From Schmidtea polychroa (lineage: Eukaryota), in the NCBI GenBank assembly GCA_044892525.1, contig CM097887.1:1240001-1304000 (forward strand): 64,000 bases of DNA, written 5' to 3'. This document shows, piece by piece, positions 13,501 to 28,500 of this stretch. Positions within the stretch are counted from its first letter, which is position 1. Each line of letters begins with the position of its first letter. The notes under the pieces are model-generated. The model did no database searches, was not told where the DNA came from, and saw nothing but the letters and a program-made list of their open reading frames with translations. The translations under genes were made by a program, and so were the position numbers.

Positions 13501-16500
13501 ATTGGTTGGTTTATCTGTTGATTGGTTGGTTTATCTGTTGATTGGTTGGTTTATCTGTTGATTGGTTGGTACATCTGTTGATTGGTTGGTTTATCTGTTG
13601 ATTTGTTGATTTATCTGTTGATTGGTTGGTTTATCTGTTGATTGGTTGGTTTATCTGTTGATTGGTTGGTTTATCTGTTGATTGGTTGGTTTATCTGTTG
13701 ATTGATTGGTTTATCTGTTGATTGATTTATTGGTTGGTTGATTTGCTTATTGGATGATTGATTGACTGATTGACTGATTGATGATTGACTGATTAATTGA
13801 TTGATTTAGCTGCAAGCAGTGCTGAGAGAGGTGAAATATTTGAAAATTCTTGACCAAGAAGATATTCCTCAATCAGCAACAGATATCCATTCAAAAAATG
13901 ACACGTTACGCAAGTACATCAATAATCTGGACCTGATGGTGGAATGGTACAATTACCTGCGCAAGAATACTCTCACTGTTGAACAGCCGTTGATCGAGAA
14001 TGAATTGAAAGAAATTGATGATCAATTGGAGAAGGCGATTACAAATTTGTGCTGGAATAGTGATGGTAAGCATTACTAAATGGTGATTATGATATTTGGC
14101 AATGATTTGGTGGTGGTATGGTGCGGTGCGGTGCGGGGGGGGGCAAATGGAGGCCAGGAGGGTTATTATCAGGTATACTGCAAGGTTCCCCGTGTCCATG
14201 TGTCTTTGTGCCCATGTGAGTGTGCATTCACCCCTCAGCTGTCCTCTCCCGGTTATCTGTGACCCATGAGGTGTAAATATCCCCTCTCCCGGTTACCAGA
14301 TAGTTAAACCTTTATGCAATTGGTCATGATACAGTTAAACCTTTATGCAATTAGTCATCATACAGTTAAACCTTTATGCACTTAGTCATCATACAGTTAA
14401 ACCTTTCTGCAATTAGTCATCATACAGTTAAACCTTTATGCAATTAGTCATCATACAGTTAAACCTTTATGCAATTAGTCATCATACAGTTAAACCTTTA
14501 TGCAATTGGTCATCATATAGTTAAACCTTTATGCAATTGGTCATGATACAGTTAAACCTTTATGCAATTAGTCATCATATAGTTAAACCTTTATGCAATT
14601 GGTCATGATACAGTTAAACCTTTCTGCAATTAGTCATCATACAGTTAAACCTTTATGCAATTAGTCATCATACAGTTAAACCTTTATGCAATTAGTCATC
14701 ATACAGTTAAACCTTTATGCAATTGGTCATCATATAGTTAAACCTTTATGCAATTGGTCATGATACAGTTAAACCTTTATGCAATTAGTCATCATATAGT
14801 TAAACCTTTATGCAATTGGTCATGATACAGTTAAACCTTTATGCAATTAGTCATCATATAGTTAAACCTTTATGCAATTGGTCATGATACAGTTAAACCT
14901 TTATGCAATTGGTCATCATACAGTTAAACCTTTATGCAATTGGTCATCATACAGTTAAACCTTTATGCAATTAGTCATCATACAGTTAAACCTTTATGCA
15001 ATTAGTCATCATACAGTTAAACCTTTATGCAATTGGTCATCATACAGTTAAACCTTTATGCAATTGTTCATGATACAGTTAAACCTTTATGCAATTAGTC
15101 ATCATATAGTTAAACCTTTATGCAATTGGTCATCATACAGTTAAACCTTTATGCAATTGGTCATGATACAGTTAAACTTTTATGCAATTGGTCATCATAC
15201 AGTTAAACCTTTATGCAATTAGTCATCATACAGTTAAACCTTTATGCAATTGGTCATCATACAGTTAAACTTTTATGCAATTGGTCATCATACAGTTAAA
15301 CCTTTATGCAATTGGTCATGATACAGTTAAACCTTTATGCAATTGGTCATCATACAGTTAAACCTTTATGCAATTAATCATGATACAGTTAAACCTTTAT
15401 GCAATTAGTCATCATACAGTTAAAATCGCTAACACGTGTAAACTCAGAAAAGTGAAAGAACACCTGTTATATTATTTCTTAAGCGTTATACTGTTGGCAA
15501 TTTTATTATCTCCCGGGTCCGAGGTGGTGGGAGTTGGCAACCGTACCACAGGCTTACCCAAGCACATCTGAGGCAGATCGCATACAGCATATACAGAGCA
15601 TATACAGCATATACAGCATATACATAAAACTGGTACATGATGTGCCAGGATCGCTGGGAGATTGTGGCCATATATTATCTATTTAACATGATTATAAATG
15701 CAATTTCTATCTCAATATCTTTATTATCATGTCTCATTTCATTCAGCTCTTGATAATGGTAAGTTTCTGTTGCATGAGCTCCCTTATAATATATTTATTA
15801 CCAATTTTATCCCTGTTGCATTACCTCATCAGCTAATAAATGATTATAAGAAATATGTTGTTATTAAGGAGCCTGGGAGTACATTGAACAAGTTAGAGAT
15901 TTAGTCCACAATCTCCAATCGAGAGTCGTCAAATCAAAGGAGAATATCGATGCGATCCGATTAATTATGTCGACCTGGCAGAAATCGCCATTGTTTGAAC
16001 GGAAAGAAGGCAAACATGAAACATTATTAAATTTGGATGACAGAGACGACAGGTGTAACAAGCGTTACAAGGAAATCACAGATGCTGGAGAAAAGGTTCA
16101 TGGTTTAGTGAAGGTAAATGTTTGGACTGCTGCCACCAATATTTCCTAATATAATTATATTATGTAAATATGCTTGAATTTCATTGGATAAATGTCTGAG
16201 CATAATTGCTATCGATTGATTGTTATCAGATTAACTGATTCAGGTATGACATTCACTTTGTTCACCTTCATTATCCACCAGCTTGAGAGATATTTAAAGT
16301 TCCGCTTGGTAGGTCAAATGAGAGAAAACTTGAAGTTGTAATTTAATGATATATTTATGGCGATTGTAATTGGTTCGAGATTGACAATTAGCAGATGGCA
16401 GCACCTTATTGATTCTGTGAATAAACCTTCATGGTATACATATCCATTAAATGCACCAATCCGATTGATTCTTTCATGTCTAATCATTTTTATGGAATTT

Positions 16501-19500
16501 ATTAAGAACTTTATAAGAACTCAGATATAATATAGATTGAAAGTTTTGGTACAGCCTTTAACAAGTGTTAATTAGGAACTCGTTGGCACTATTGTTACTT
16601 AATCACTTGCCGGAAGTGTTGTCATTAGACCCTAGAGAAACTTGTCCTTATCCTACAATTTGATTGTCATTTATTCACTTATTTCTATGATAAAGTTGAA
16701 TAGATAGAATTTCATTTATTAATAATCAAAAATAACGAAGGCAAAGTTTTCATAATAGAAATTCGCTAACTAAGTATAATAGTAATATTCAAACAAATTA
16801 ACAAATAATAATCATAATCAAACAAAAAGATATTTTTAATTATATAATTATTTTTATTTTTAAAAACGCACAAATTTGTTAACATTCTCATATAATAGAT
16901 TTCTTTTAAAGTTAATATAAAATATAAATTTAATTTAAATTTAAAAATTAAAACACACATTGGAGAGATTACCTGTCATCTGTGCACCCGAGTTCTTAAG
17001 CATTACTGACGGAATGGATTCGCCAACATTAGTGATCATTTTAGGAAGTGGACCAGTAAAAAAAGACTTAATATTATTGGTAAACCAAAATAAATTGAAA
17101 TCTGAACCAAAATAAATGAAATATGCACCAAATTCAATTGAACTTAATCAAATATAATACCACTTCATCCAAATTATGGCTACATCTTTCTCCTGTGCTT
17201 CATGATGCATGCCAGATTTATCTGTTATTGTCATAACAGGCACATCTTCTATCACTTCTTCTGTAATCATTGTTATTTGTAAAACTTTCTGTTAGGGCTT
17301 CTTGCGTCTTGTAAAACCTTCTGTAAGGGTTTCTTGCGTCTTGCAAAACTTTCCTGTAAGGGCTTCTTGCGTCTTGCAAAACTTTCCTGTAAGGGCTTCT
17401 TGCGTCTTGCAAAACTTTCCTGTAAGGGCTTCTTGCGTCTTGCAAAACTTTCCTGTAAGGGCTTCTTGCGTCTTGCAAAACTTTCCTGTAAGGGCTTCAC
17501 TGCGTCTTGTAAAACCTTTGAACTAAATAAACGGTTCCGTTGAAATATTTAAAAAGATTTTAATTTTTTTCAAATTAAATTGATTTGGTTCATTATGTAT
17601 TTATTTAATTGGTCAATAATAATAAAAAATTGGTTCAAATTCAATTAATTTGCTGCGTCATTAAATGGTAGCGGTAAAAAAATTAGTAATTGTGATTTTA
17701 ATATCTTGTGGAAGCGTTTGAGTAATTATTGGGAACGAGTGCAACTTGCGAGGTGTTGCTAATTAGATTTGTAAATCCTATATTTAATATTCAAAGTGCC
17801 CAGGCTATAGGGATTTTCAATGTGATATAAATAATTTATTATTTGGGATGATGTTGTTGTTTGTTTAAGTTTTGGTATGAAAACTTTTTTAATTTTTAAA
17901 TTAAATTAAATTTTTTATTAACTTTAAAAAAATGTTTTGTATGATAATGTTAACAATTAATTTCCTTTATTATTGCGATCCCATTTATATGATTCAAATG
18001 TGCTTTGCATGGTTTAACGTTTATAGGAGAACTCGGAACTTCTGAAAGTTGATGCAGCTAGCGAGCACTGGAAACAATACGTGGACAACATTGACGATAT
18101 GATTGTGGAAAACTTTCAAGAGACCATCAATTATAGTTTACAATATTTGATTGATCAAATCGAGGGTTCCAAGCACCCTTTATTTGAGGTCAGCATGGAT
18201 TTACAAGTGAAATTTTGGTTAGGTTTCCAATCAAATTGATAGGCAATTAATATAGGGCAACGAAATTGTATTCCAACCTTCATTGGATAGAGATTACGCG
18301 GACAACTTTTCTGAAATTGTTGATTCTCTTGTTACAGATATCTTTAAACAAGCGTCAAAGGTGAAAAGGTTAGCCATAGGAAGCAGCATGGAAGATTACA
18401 GGACGGACTTGGAGGAAAACGAAGAGTTGCAGAAGAAACGAAATGAAATCAGTGAAAGGACAGAAGTGGCAACAGAGAAAGCTAAATTGTATCAAGGGAA
18501 ATTCGATGAGTATTCCAATCTGTGGACAGATAATAGAGAGGAGTTTATGAGCCAGTTTTTGCGGTATGGCCAGGCAATGTCTGCTGAGGAATTGGAAGCG
18601 CACGGAGAACAAGATATATCAGCGTTTGAGGAGCACCCGCCAACGCTTGATCAGTTCAAGCAGCAAATCGATAAATATGAGAAGCAATTTGAGGAGGTGA
18701 GGATATTTCTCTTTCTCTCTGGAGATTCCCATTCATTCATTCATTTATATGCATTCATTTATATGCATATTCATTCATTTATATTCATATTCATTCATTT
18801 GCATATTCATTCATTTATATTCATATTCATTCATTTATATTCATATTCATTCATTTGCATATTCATTCATTTATATTCATATTCATTCATTTGCATATTC
18901 ATTCATTTATATTCATATTCATTCATTTATATTCATATTCATTCATTTATATTCATATTCATTCATTTATATTCATATTCATTCATTTATATGCATATTC
19001 ATTCATTTGCATATTCATTCATTTATATTCATTCATTTATATTCATATTCATTCATTTGCATATTCATTCATTTATATTCATTCATTTATATGCATATTC
19101 ATTCATTTATATTCATATTCATTCATTTATATTCATATTCATTCATTTGCATATTCATTCATTTATATTAATTCATTTATATGCATATTCATTCATTTAT
19201 ATTCATATTCATTCATTTATATGCATATTCATTCATTTGCATATTCATTCATTTATATTAATTCATTTATATGCATATTCATTCATTTATATTCATATTC
19301 ATTCATTTATATGCATATTCATTCATTTATATTCATATTCATTCATTTATATGCATATTCATTCATTTGCATATTCATTCATTTATATTCATTCATTTAT
19401 ATTCATATTCATTCATTTGCATATTCATTCATTTATATTCATTCATTTATATGCATATTCATTCATTTGCATATTCATTCATTTATATTCATATTCATTC

Positions 19501-22500
19501 ATTTATATGCATATTCATTCATTTGCATATTCATTCATTTATATTCATATTCATTCATTTATATGCATATTCATTCATTTATATTCATATTCATTCATTT
19601 ATATGCATATTCATTCATTTGCATATTCATTCATTTATATTCATTCATTTATATTCATATTCATTCATTTGCATATTCATTCATTTATATTCATTCATTT
19701 ATATGCATATTCATTCATTTGCATATTCATTCATTCATATTCATTCATTTATATTCATATTCATTCATTTATATGCATATTCATTCATTTGCATATTCAT
19801 TCATTTATATTCATTCATTTATATTCATATTCATTCATTTGCATATTCATTCATTTATATTCATTCATTTATATGCATATTCATTCATTTATATTCATTC
19901 ATTTATATTCATTCATTTATATTCATATTCATTCATTTATATTCATATTCATTCATTTGCATATTCATTCATTTATATTAATTCATTTATATGCATATTC
20001 ATTCATTTATATTCATATTCATTCATTTATATGCATATTCATTCATTTGCATATTCATTCATTTATATTAATTCATTTATATGCATATTCATTCATTTAT
20101 ATTCATATTCATTCATTTATATGCATATTCATTCATTTGCATATTCATTCATTTATATTCATATTCATTCATTTGCATATTCATTCATTTATATTCATAT
20201 TCATTCATTTATATTCATATTCATTCATTTATATGCATATTCATTCATTTGCATATTCATTCATTTATATTCATTCATTTATATTCATATTCATTCATTT
20301 GCATATTCATTCATTTATATTCATATTCATTCATTTATATGCATATTCATTCATTTATATTCATATTCATTCATTTATATGCATATTCATTCATTTGCAT
20401 ATTCATTCATTTATATTCATTCATTTATATTCATATTCATTCATTTGCATATTCATTCATTTATATTCATTCATTTATATGCATATTCATTCATTTGCAT
20501 ATTCATTCATTTATATTCATTCATTTATATGCATATTCATTCATTTGCATATTCATTCATTTATATTCATTCATTTATATTCATTCATTTATATTCATAT
20601 TCATTCATTTATATTCATATTCATTCATTTATATTCATATTCATTCATTTATATTCATATTCATTCATTTATATTCATATTCATTCATTTATATTCATAT
20701 TCATTCATTTATATTCATTCATTTATATGCATATTCATTCATTTGCATATTCATTCATTTATATTCATTCATTTATATTCATTCATTTATATTCATATTC
20801 ATTCATTTATATTCATATTCATTCATTTATATTCATATTCATTCATTTATATTCATATTCATTCATTTATATTCATATTCATTCATTTATATTCATATTC
20901 ATTCATTTATATGCATATTCATTCATTTATATTCATTCATTTATATTCATATTCATTCATTTGCATATTCATTCATTTGCATATTCATTCATTTATATTC
21001 ATTCATTTATATTCATTCATTTATATGCATATTCATTAATTTATATTCATATTCATTCATTTATATTCATATTCATTCATTTATATGCATATTCATTCAT
21101 TTATATTCATTCATTTATATGCATATTCATTCATTTGCATATTCATTCATTTATATTCATTCATTTATATTCATTCATTTATATGCATATTCATTCATTT
21201 ATATTCATATTCATTCATTTATATTCATATTCATTCATTTATATGCATATTCATTCATTTATATTCATATTCATTCATTTATATTCATATTCATTCATTT
21301 ATATGCATATTCATTCATTTATATTCATTCATTTATATGCATATTCATTCATTTGCATATTCATTCATTTATATTCATTCATTTATATTCATATTCATTC
21401 ATTTATATGCATATTCATTCATTTATATTCATATTCATTCATTTATATGCATATTCATTCATTTATATTCATATTCATTCATTTATATGCATATTCATTC
21501 ATTTGCATATTCATTCATTTATATTCATTCATTTATATGCATATTCAGATTGAGAAAATGAACGGATTCAACATTATTGACAAATGGTTCCGGATCGACT
21601 GCCGCAAATTCAAGCAGGCCTTTCTCAACACCATCAAAAGGTGGAGCCTGATGTTCAAGCAGCACCTGATCGATCATGTGACCAATAGCCTGAAGGAGCT
21701 GGCAGAATTCATAAAGCTCACCAATGCAGGTCTCAATAAGGAAGCAGCAGAGGGAGATTTCGAGGGCCTCGTGGAAATGATGGGCCATCTGGGGAATGTA
21801 AAGGAGCGCCAGCAAGCAACTGATGAAATGTTCGAGCCATTGAAGCAGACAATCGATCTGCTGAAGACCTACAACCAGGAGATGCCAGATGAGGTTCACA
21901 TGCAATTGGAGGTAAGTTAATGGATGCTATATAATGTGCCCTAATGTGCTCCTAATGTGCTCCTTGTATCCAGGAACTACCGGAGAAGTGGAACAACACC
22001 AAAAAGGTCGCGGTAACAGTCAAGCAGACAGTGGCACCATTACAGAACCAGGAGGTAGCCAATATCAGGAGGAAATGTGCTACATTTGATGTGAATCAGC
22101 ACACATTCCGGGAACAGTTCAGGAAGATTGATCCGTTCAATTTCTGTTGCCTTGAGCATTATGAGGATCTAGATAAGGTAAGATTTGTCATCTGAGTGTT
22201 GCCATGTTACCGAGTAACCTGGATATTTCCCATTCAGAAGCACGTGGCGATATCGAGCATGGAGAAGGCGATGGAGGAGCTGAATGAATCGGCTGCCCTA
22301 TTCGAGGTGAATGTTCCAGAATTCAAGCAGTTAAAGCAATGCCGTAAGGAGCTGAGATTACTGAAGGTGTTATGGGATCACATCAATGTTGTCAACTCGA
22401 GCATCGACGTGTGGAAGAGGACGTTGTGGAAGGATATAAATGTCGAGCAAATGGACCAGGATTGCAAGAGCTTTGCTAAGAGTATTCGAGGCCTGGACAA

Positions 22501-25500
22501 GGAGATGCGATCATGGGATGCATACACTGGCGTTGAGGATCAGATCAAGAATATGATGACATCGCTGCGGGCTGTGAATGAGCTGCAGAACCCAGCAATA
22601 CGCGACAGGCACTGGGCACAACTCATGGCTGCTACCAAGGTGAAATTCGAAATGAATGAGAGCACAACTTTGGAGGATCTGTTGAAGCTGAATCTGCACA
22701 ACTTTGAGGATGAGGTGAGGAGCATTGTGGAGAAGGCGGTGAAGGAGATGAGCATGGAGAAGGTGCTGAAGGAGCTGTATAGCACCTGGAGCCAGATGGC
22801 GTTTGAGCATGAGAAGCATTCACGGACGGCAATCACATTACTCAAGGCCAGCGAGGAATTGATCGAGACGCTGGAGGAGGACCAAGTCAAGCTCCAGAAC
22901 ATGATGACATCGAAATACATTTCTCATTTCTACGATGAGGTATTCAGCTGGCAGAAGACGCTCTCGACAGCAGATCAAGTGATTCAGATCTGGTTTGAGG
23001 TGCAGCGGACTTGGTCGCATTTGGAGTCGATTTTCATAGGATCCGATGATATCAGGAAGCAGCTGCCGGAGGACTCGGAGCGATTCGATCGGATAGATAC
23101 AGATTTCAAGGCCTTGGTGTCAGAGGTGGAGGAGACAACCAATGTGGTGAAGGCTACTGGCAAGCCGAGGCTCTATGAGCGGTTGGAGGTGGTACAGGCA
23201 CAATTGGTACTCTGTGAGAAGGCGCTCGCTGAATATCTGGAAACGAAACGGTTGGCTTTCCCGCGGTTCTATTTCGTGTCGTCCGCCGATTTGCTGGATA
23301 TATTATCGAATGGGAATTGCCCAGAGATCGTTATGAAGCATCTGACAAAGCTGTTCGACAGCCTGGCCAAGCTGAAATTCCTCAAGGAGGGAGAGGAGGA
23401 GAACACGAAGCTCGGAGTAGCAATGTATGCGAAGGATGGAGAAATGGTGGAGTTCACAAATAATTGCGACCTGGGGGGACAGGTGGAGACGTGGCTCAAT
23501 AGGCTGTTGGAGGAAATGAGGAACACCATGAGGACAGTTCTCTCGGAATCTGTGAGTTGTGTCGAGGAGAAATCTCGGGATCAGTGGATATTTGAATTCC
23601 CAGCACAAGTGGCGTTGTCATCCTCTCAGATTGCATGGGGCACAGAGGTCTACTTGAGCTTTGCCAGATTGGAGGAGGGCTATGAGAATGCTCTCAAGGA
23701 TTTCAATAAGAAGCAGATAACCCAGCTGAACGCCCTGATCACGCTATTGATCGGTGAGCTATCAAAGGACGACCGCCAGAAGGTGATGACAATTTGCACA
23801 ATTGACGTGCACAATCGGGACGTGGTGCAGAAACTCATCACCCAGAAAATCGATAACTCTCAATCCTTCACGTGGCTCTGTCAGTTGCGGCACAGATGGG
23901 CTGACACAGATAAGGATTGCTACATCAACATATGCGATGCCCAGTTCCGATACGCCCATGAATACCTTGGCAACACCCCTCGGCTGGTGATCACCCCACT
24001 GACCGACCGATGCTACATCACCTTGACCCAGTCGCTGCATCTGACTATGAGTGGCGCCCCAGCCGGTCCTGCTGGAACTGGGAAAACTGAAACGACAAAA
24101 GATCTCGGAAGGGCATTGGGAATAATGGTTTACGTATTCAATTGCTCGGAACAAATGGATTACAAATCAATCGGCAATATCTACAAAGGCTTAGCTCAAT
24201 CTGGCAGTTGGGGTTGCTTTGATGAGTTCAACCGGATCTCTGTGGAGGTGCTCAGTGTGGTCGCCGTTCAGGTCAAATGCATTCAAGATGCCATCAAAAA
24301 CAAACGGAAGAGATTTGATTTCCTGGGAGAGGAAATATCGCTAGATTCAGCAATTGGGATCTTCATAACGATGAATCCAGGTTATGCTGGCAGGACTGAA
24401 CTGCCGGAGAATTTGAAGGCGCTTTTCAGGCCTTGTGCTATGGTGGTTCCTGATTTTGAGCTGATCTGTGAGATCATGCTGGTAGCTGAGGGCTTCCTGC
24501 AAGCAAGGATATTGGCCAGGAAATTCATCACTCTCTATCAGCTCTGCAAGGAACTGCTATCGAAACAGGATCATTATGATTGGGGGTTGAGGGCCATCAA
24601 ATCGGTCCTTGTTGTGGCAGGCGCACTCAAGCGAAGCGATCCAGAGAGACCGGAAGATCAGGTATTGATGAGAGCCTTGCGGGATTTCAATATTCCTAAA
24701 ATCGTTACCGACGACACTCCAGTGTTCATGGGGTTGATCGGGGACCTATTTCCAGCTCTCGATGTGCCCAGGAAGCGAGATCCAGAATTCGAGAAACACG
24801 TTAGACAAGCAACTCTCGATTTGAAGCTACAAGCTGAGGAGAATTTCGTATTGAAAGTGGTTCAATTGCAGGAGCTATTTGCGGTCCGGCATTCTGTGTT
24901 CGTGCTGGGGAACGCGGGAACCGGCAAATCCATGGTCTGGAAAACCTTGATCAAGACCTACTCAAACTTGAAAAAGAAACCTCTGGCAGTTGATCTGAAT
25001 CCGAAGGCGGTGACAAACGATGAGCTATTTGGAATAATCAATCCATCAACAAGGGAATGGAAGGACGGCCTGTTCTCTGTGATCATGCGTGACCTTGCCA
25101 ACCTGACGTCGGACGGGCCTAAATGGATAGTATTGGATGGAGACATAGATCCCATGTGGATAGAGTCACTGAATACTGTGATGGATGACAACAAGGTGCT
25201 CACTCTGGCCAGCAATGAAAGGATCCCTCTCACCCCCACCATGAGATTGCTCTTTGAAATCAGCCATTTGAAAACGGCGACACCAGCAACAGTTTCCCGC
25301 GCTGGGATTCTCTATATCAACCCGCAAGATCTCGGTTGGCAGCCGTTCGTTAACAGCTGGATCAGCACCAGGGAGATCCAATCAGAACAGGCCAATCTGA
25401 CCATATTATTTGATAAATATGTGCCCGTATGTCTGGAGGCGCTCAAACTCAGGTTCAAAAAGATTACACCGATAGTGGAGATTTCTCACGTGCAAATGTT

Positions 25501-28500
25501 GTGCCATCTGCTGGAGGTGCTGCTGGTAGCAGAGAATACGCCGGCAGATTGCCCTAAGGAATGGTATGAGCTATATTTCGTGTTCTGTGCTATCTGGGCC
25601 TTCGGAAGCTGCATGTTTCAAGATCAACTGGTGGATCATCGGGTCGAATTCACCAAGTGGTGGGTGACAGAATTCAAAACCATCAAATTACCTGCACAAG
25701 GAACAGTTTTTGATTACTACATCGACGCGGAGACAAAGAAATTTGAGCCGTGGACAAAGCGAATGACAAAGTTTGAAATGGACCTGGAACAGCCGTTGCA
25801 AGTGAGTTAGCTGTGTTGATTGTATGATTGGTTGAATGCATATATGCGTGTGCACGCGCGCATTGTTTCTGATTGGGTGAATGCGTATATGAGTGTGTGC
25901 GCGCGCATTGTTCTGATTGGTTGCTCATGATTCAGCTGCAGGAGGAACTGCCTATCAATGGCCTTGACACAAAGCCAGCTGACACAGGTCATCGCGACCA
26001 TAAATCCGCTCCAATGAGAGTCATTGTAAACAATCTCATTCCTGAGGCTAGTGACAATTCCAAATTCACTTATTTGCGTTTCTTTATATATTTCACTACG
26101 CATTGATGTTGCTGTTGTCGTTGCTGTTGTTGCTGTTGCTGTTGTTGCTGTTGCTGTCACCATAGTTATGTGGATATAGATTCGCTCGATCCATGCTTGT
26201 CACCTGTCACCACCTCACTCTACCTTCATTATTCCTGGCACCAAACACTTGGCTGCGTCCTCAGTATCGCATCCATTGAGAGACATATATGTTCCCTCCA
26301 CCTTTCCTCTCTAGTAAGATCCGTATGTGGAATGTCATATTCATCATCAAATTCGTTAACATGTGAATGCCAAATGCACTAAGCTAGTTGACTTATCGTT
26401 ATTTGGTGGTAAATGCTAATGCTGGTCCTCTCAATGCATGTTTCATAATGGTATCCGCCATTAACTGTTCCATTAGCAGCCAATTAATACCAAGCAAACT
26501 TGCGATTGGACTCTATCTCTACAATTATGAAGGTCCCAATGACGTCCTCTAAACCCATTTCCAATCTGACTAACAATATTTTGATGAACTTGAATCACTG
26601 TTTGTCCTATAACCCTAACCCTCTGCCACCGTGACAGTATGCCGCCCCATCTGCAATTGCCCGATAATTCACCCACTGCCAGCACTGATATTTCACCATA
26701 ATACAAATTATTGTCAATCAAATGCTTACCGACAAGGACAAGCGGTTATTTGTGTGTGTGTGTGTGTGTGTGGAGAGGGGGGTCTAATTGGCGCTGAGAT
26801 ATGATGAGCATTCTCATGATTAGCTGCCACAGTCACATATGGCTAGGATTCACTAGGGGAATAATATAAATGACAGATCATCAACCATATCAGAGATTCT
26901 GCATGATCTTCATAATCCTAATGGGAAATATATCAGCAGTTATGCGTACAATTCAACCCTACCCTCCAAAGGCATTAGCATAAATGCATACAATAAAAAA
27001 GTAAAGAGAATGGCCATTCCTGAGAGTTTCATAGGTTTCAGCATATTAAACAAAATTTCGTATAATAATTGTATTTAAGCCTGATTAATAATAATTATTT
27101 ATTTAATAATTATTTGAATGGCCAGAACTGATTTTGCAGTCTTACCAATCAGGATAATTGCTCATCGTGAAATTCCCATATTGCTACTAATCCACCAATC
27201 ACTTTCAACCAATCACTTTCAACCAATCACTTTCAACCAATCACATTATTTATCGAGTATTAGCATAATGGCTTACAATTTTGATATGTCATTTGATTGG
27301 TCAATAATTGGCCAATAGTTCTATTTCATTGTTTAAATGCATCACTTTTGATTAGTAACTTTTACATGCATAAAATCTGTGCAATTTGCTGATGTTTATT
27401 TATTCAAATTGATTATAGGCAGTTTTGGTTCCTACATCGGAAACAACAAGATTCAGATACTTCCTTGATTTGTTGATTGAGAAGCGCCGGCCAGTAATGT
27501 TGGTAGGGGGAGCTGGAACTGGCAAAACTGTCCTATTGCAGGACAAATTGAATAGTATCGGGGATAATTATGTAGTGGCTAATGTTCCCTTTAATTTCTA
27601 TACGACCAGTGAAATGCTGCAAAGGGTGCTGGAGAAACCATTGGAAAAGAAAGCTGGAAGAAATTATGGACCATCAGGATCGAAAAAATTGATATATTTC
27701 ATTGATGACATGAATATGCCTGAGGTTAGTTGTAATAATAATAATAATACTTAAATAAACACGGTAAAGATTTTATTAATAAAAATCGCCATTCGTACAT
27801 CTTTTTCACTATATATCTCGATAGCATCACTATCATCATCATCAGGTTACCTACATTCATGACGGATGAATATATATATATATATATATATACTATATTG
27901 ATAATGTATAAACAAATTATAAAATCTATAAATTTTTAAATTATAAATAAAATTAATATAGGAACTTTTATTTCTTCCAATTTCACCACTGATTATTTTA
28001 TCCATTGAATTGAAAAGAGAGTTTGAAGACTATAAATCATTGAAATTGATTAAATCAATATAAATCAATATAAATCAATATTACTGATTTATAGTTTTTT
28101 TCAATCAATTACAATCAATTATTTAAACTTTTAAAATTATTTAAAAATATTATTTTAATTATTTAACACAACTATTATTCAATATACATCGACATACAAA
28201 AATTTAATTAAAAACATTCAACACACACACGCATTCACTGCATTCTGCACATTGATTTTAGGATTAAAAGTTCTTATCAATAATGCTTCACATATCACAC
28301 GCTCAAAACAATTATCAAAATTTTTTGATAAGATTTTAAAATCAGACATTCCTAATTCTCTCATACAGACTTTATTGTGATCCTTAATATTGGACACTCC
28401 CTTCGGTCGACAGTGATCTTGACCTCGAGTACAGAGATGACGGCAAGCCTCTCCAATGTATGTGGCATTACACCCATTATATGTGAATTGATAAGCGAGA

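Noticed and set aside
14302-15423. Regular ~31-bp repeats resembling a CRISPR array
   Set aside because: Head-to-tail units with no unique spacers, eukaryotic intron context and no cas genes.
17218-17543. Repetitive ORFs ([11 protein letters not shown] etc.) and, similarly, 58410-59324
   Set aside because: Translations of the 33-bp and 58-bp tandem arrays inside introns.
18749-21561. Long His/Ile/Phe/Ser ORFs (up to 1021 aa)
   Set aside because: Translation of the intron-13 satellite. The dynein frame splices cleanly across it (18696 to 21549).
26609-26622. TAACCCTAACCC telomere-like repeat
   Set aside because: Only two units; compatible with chance.
27790-27860. Possible hammerhead ribozyme cores (CTGATGA + short stem) on the minus strand here and at ~54270-54320
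   Set aside because: The required GAAA is GAGA or GTAA, and I could not form stem I/III with a valid cleavage triplet.
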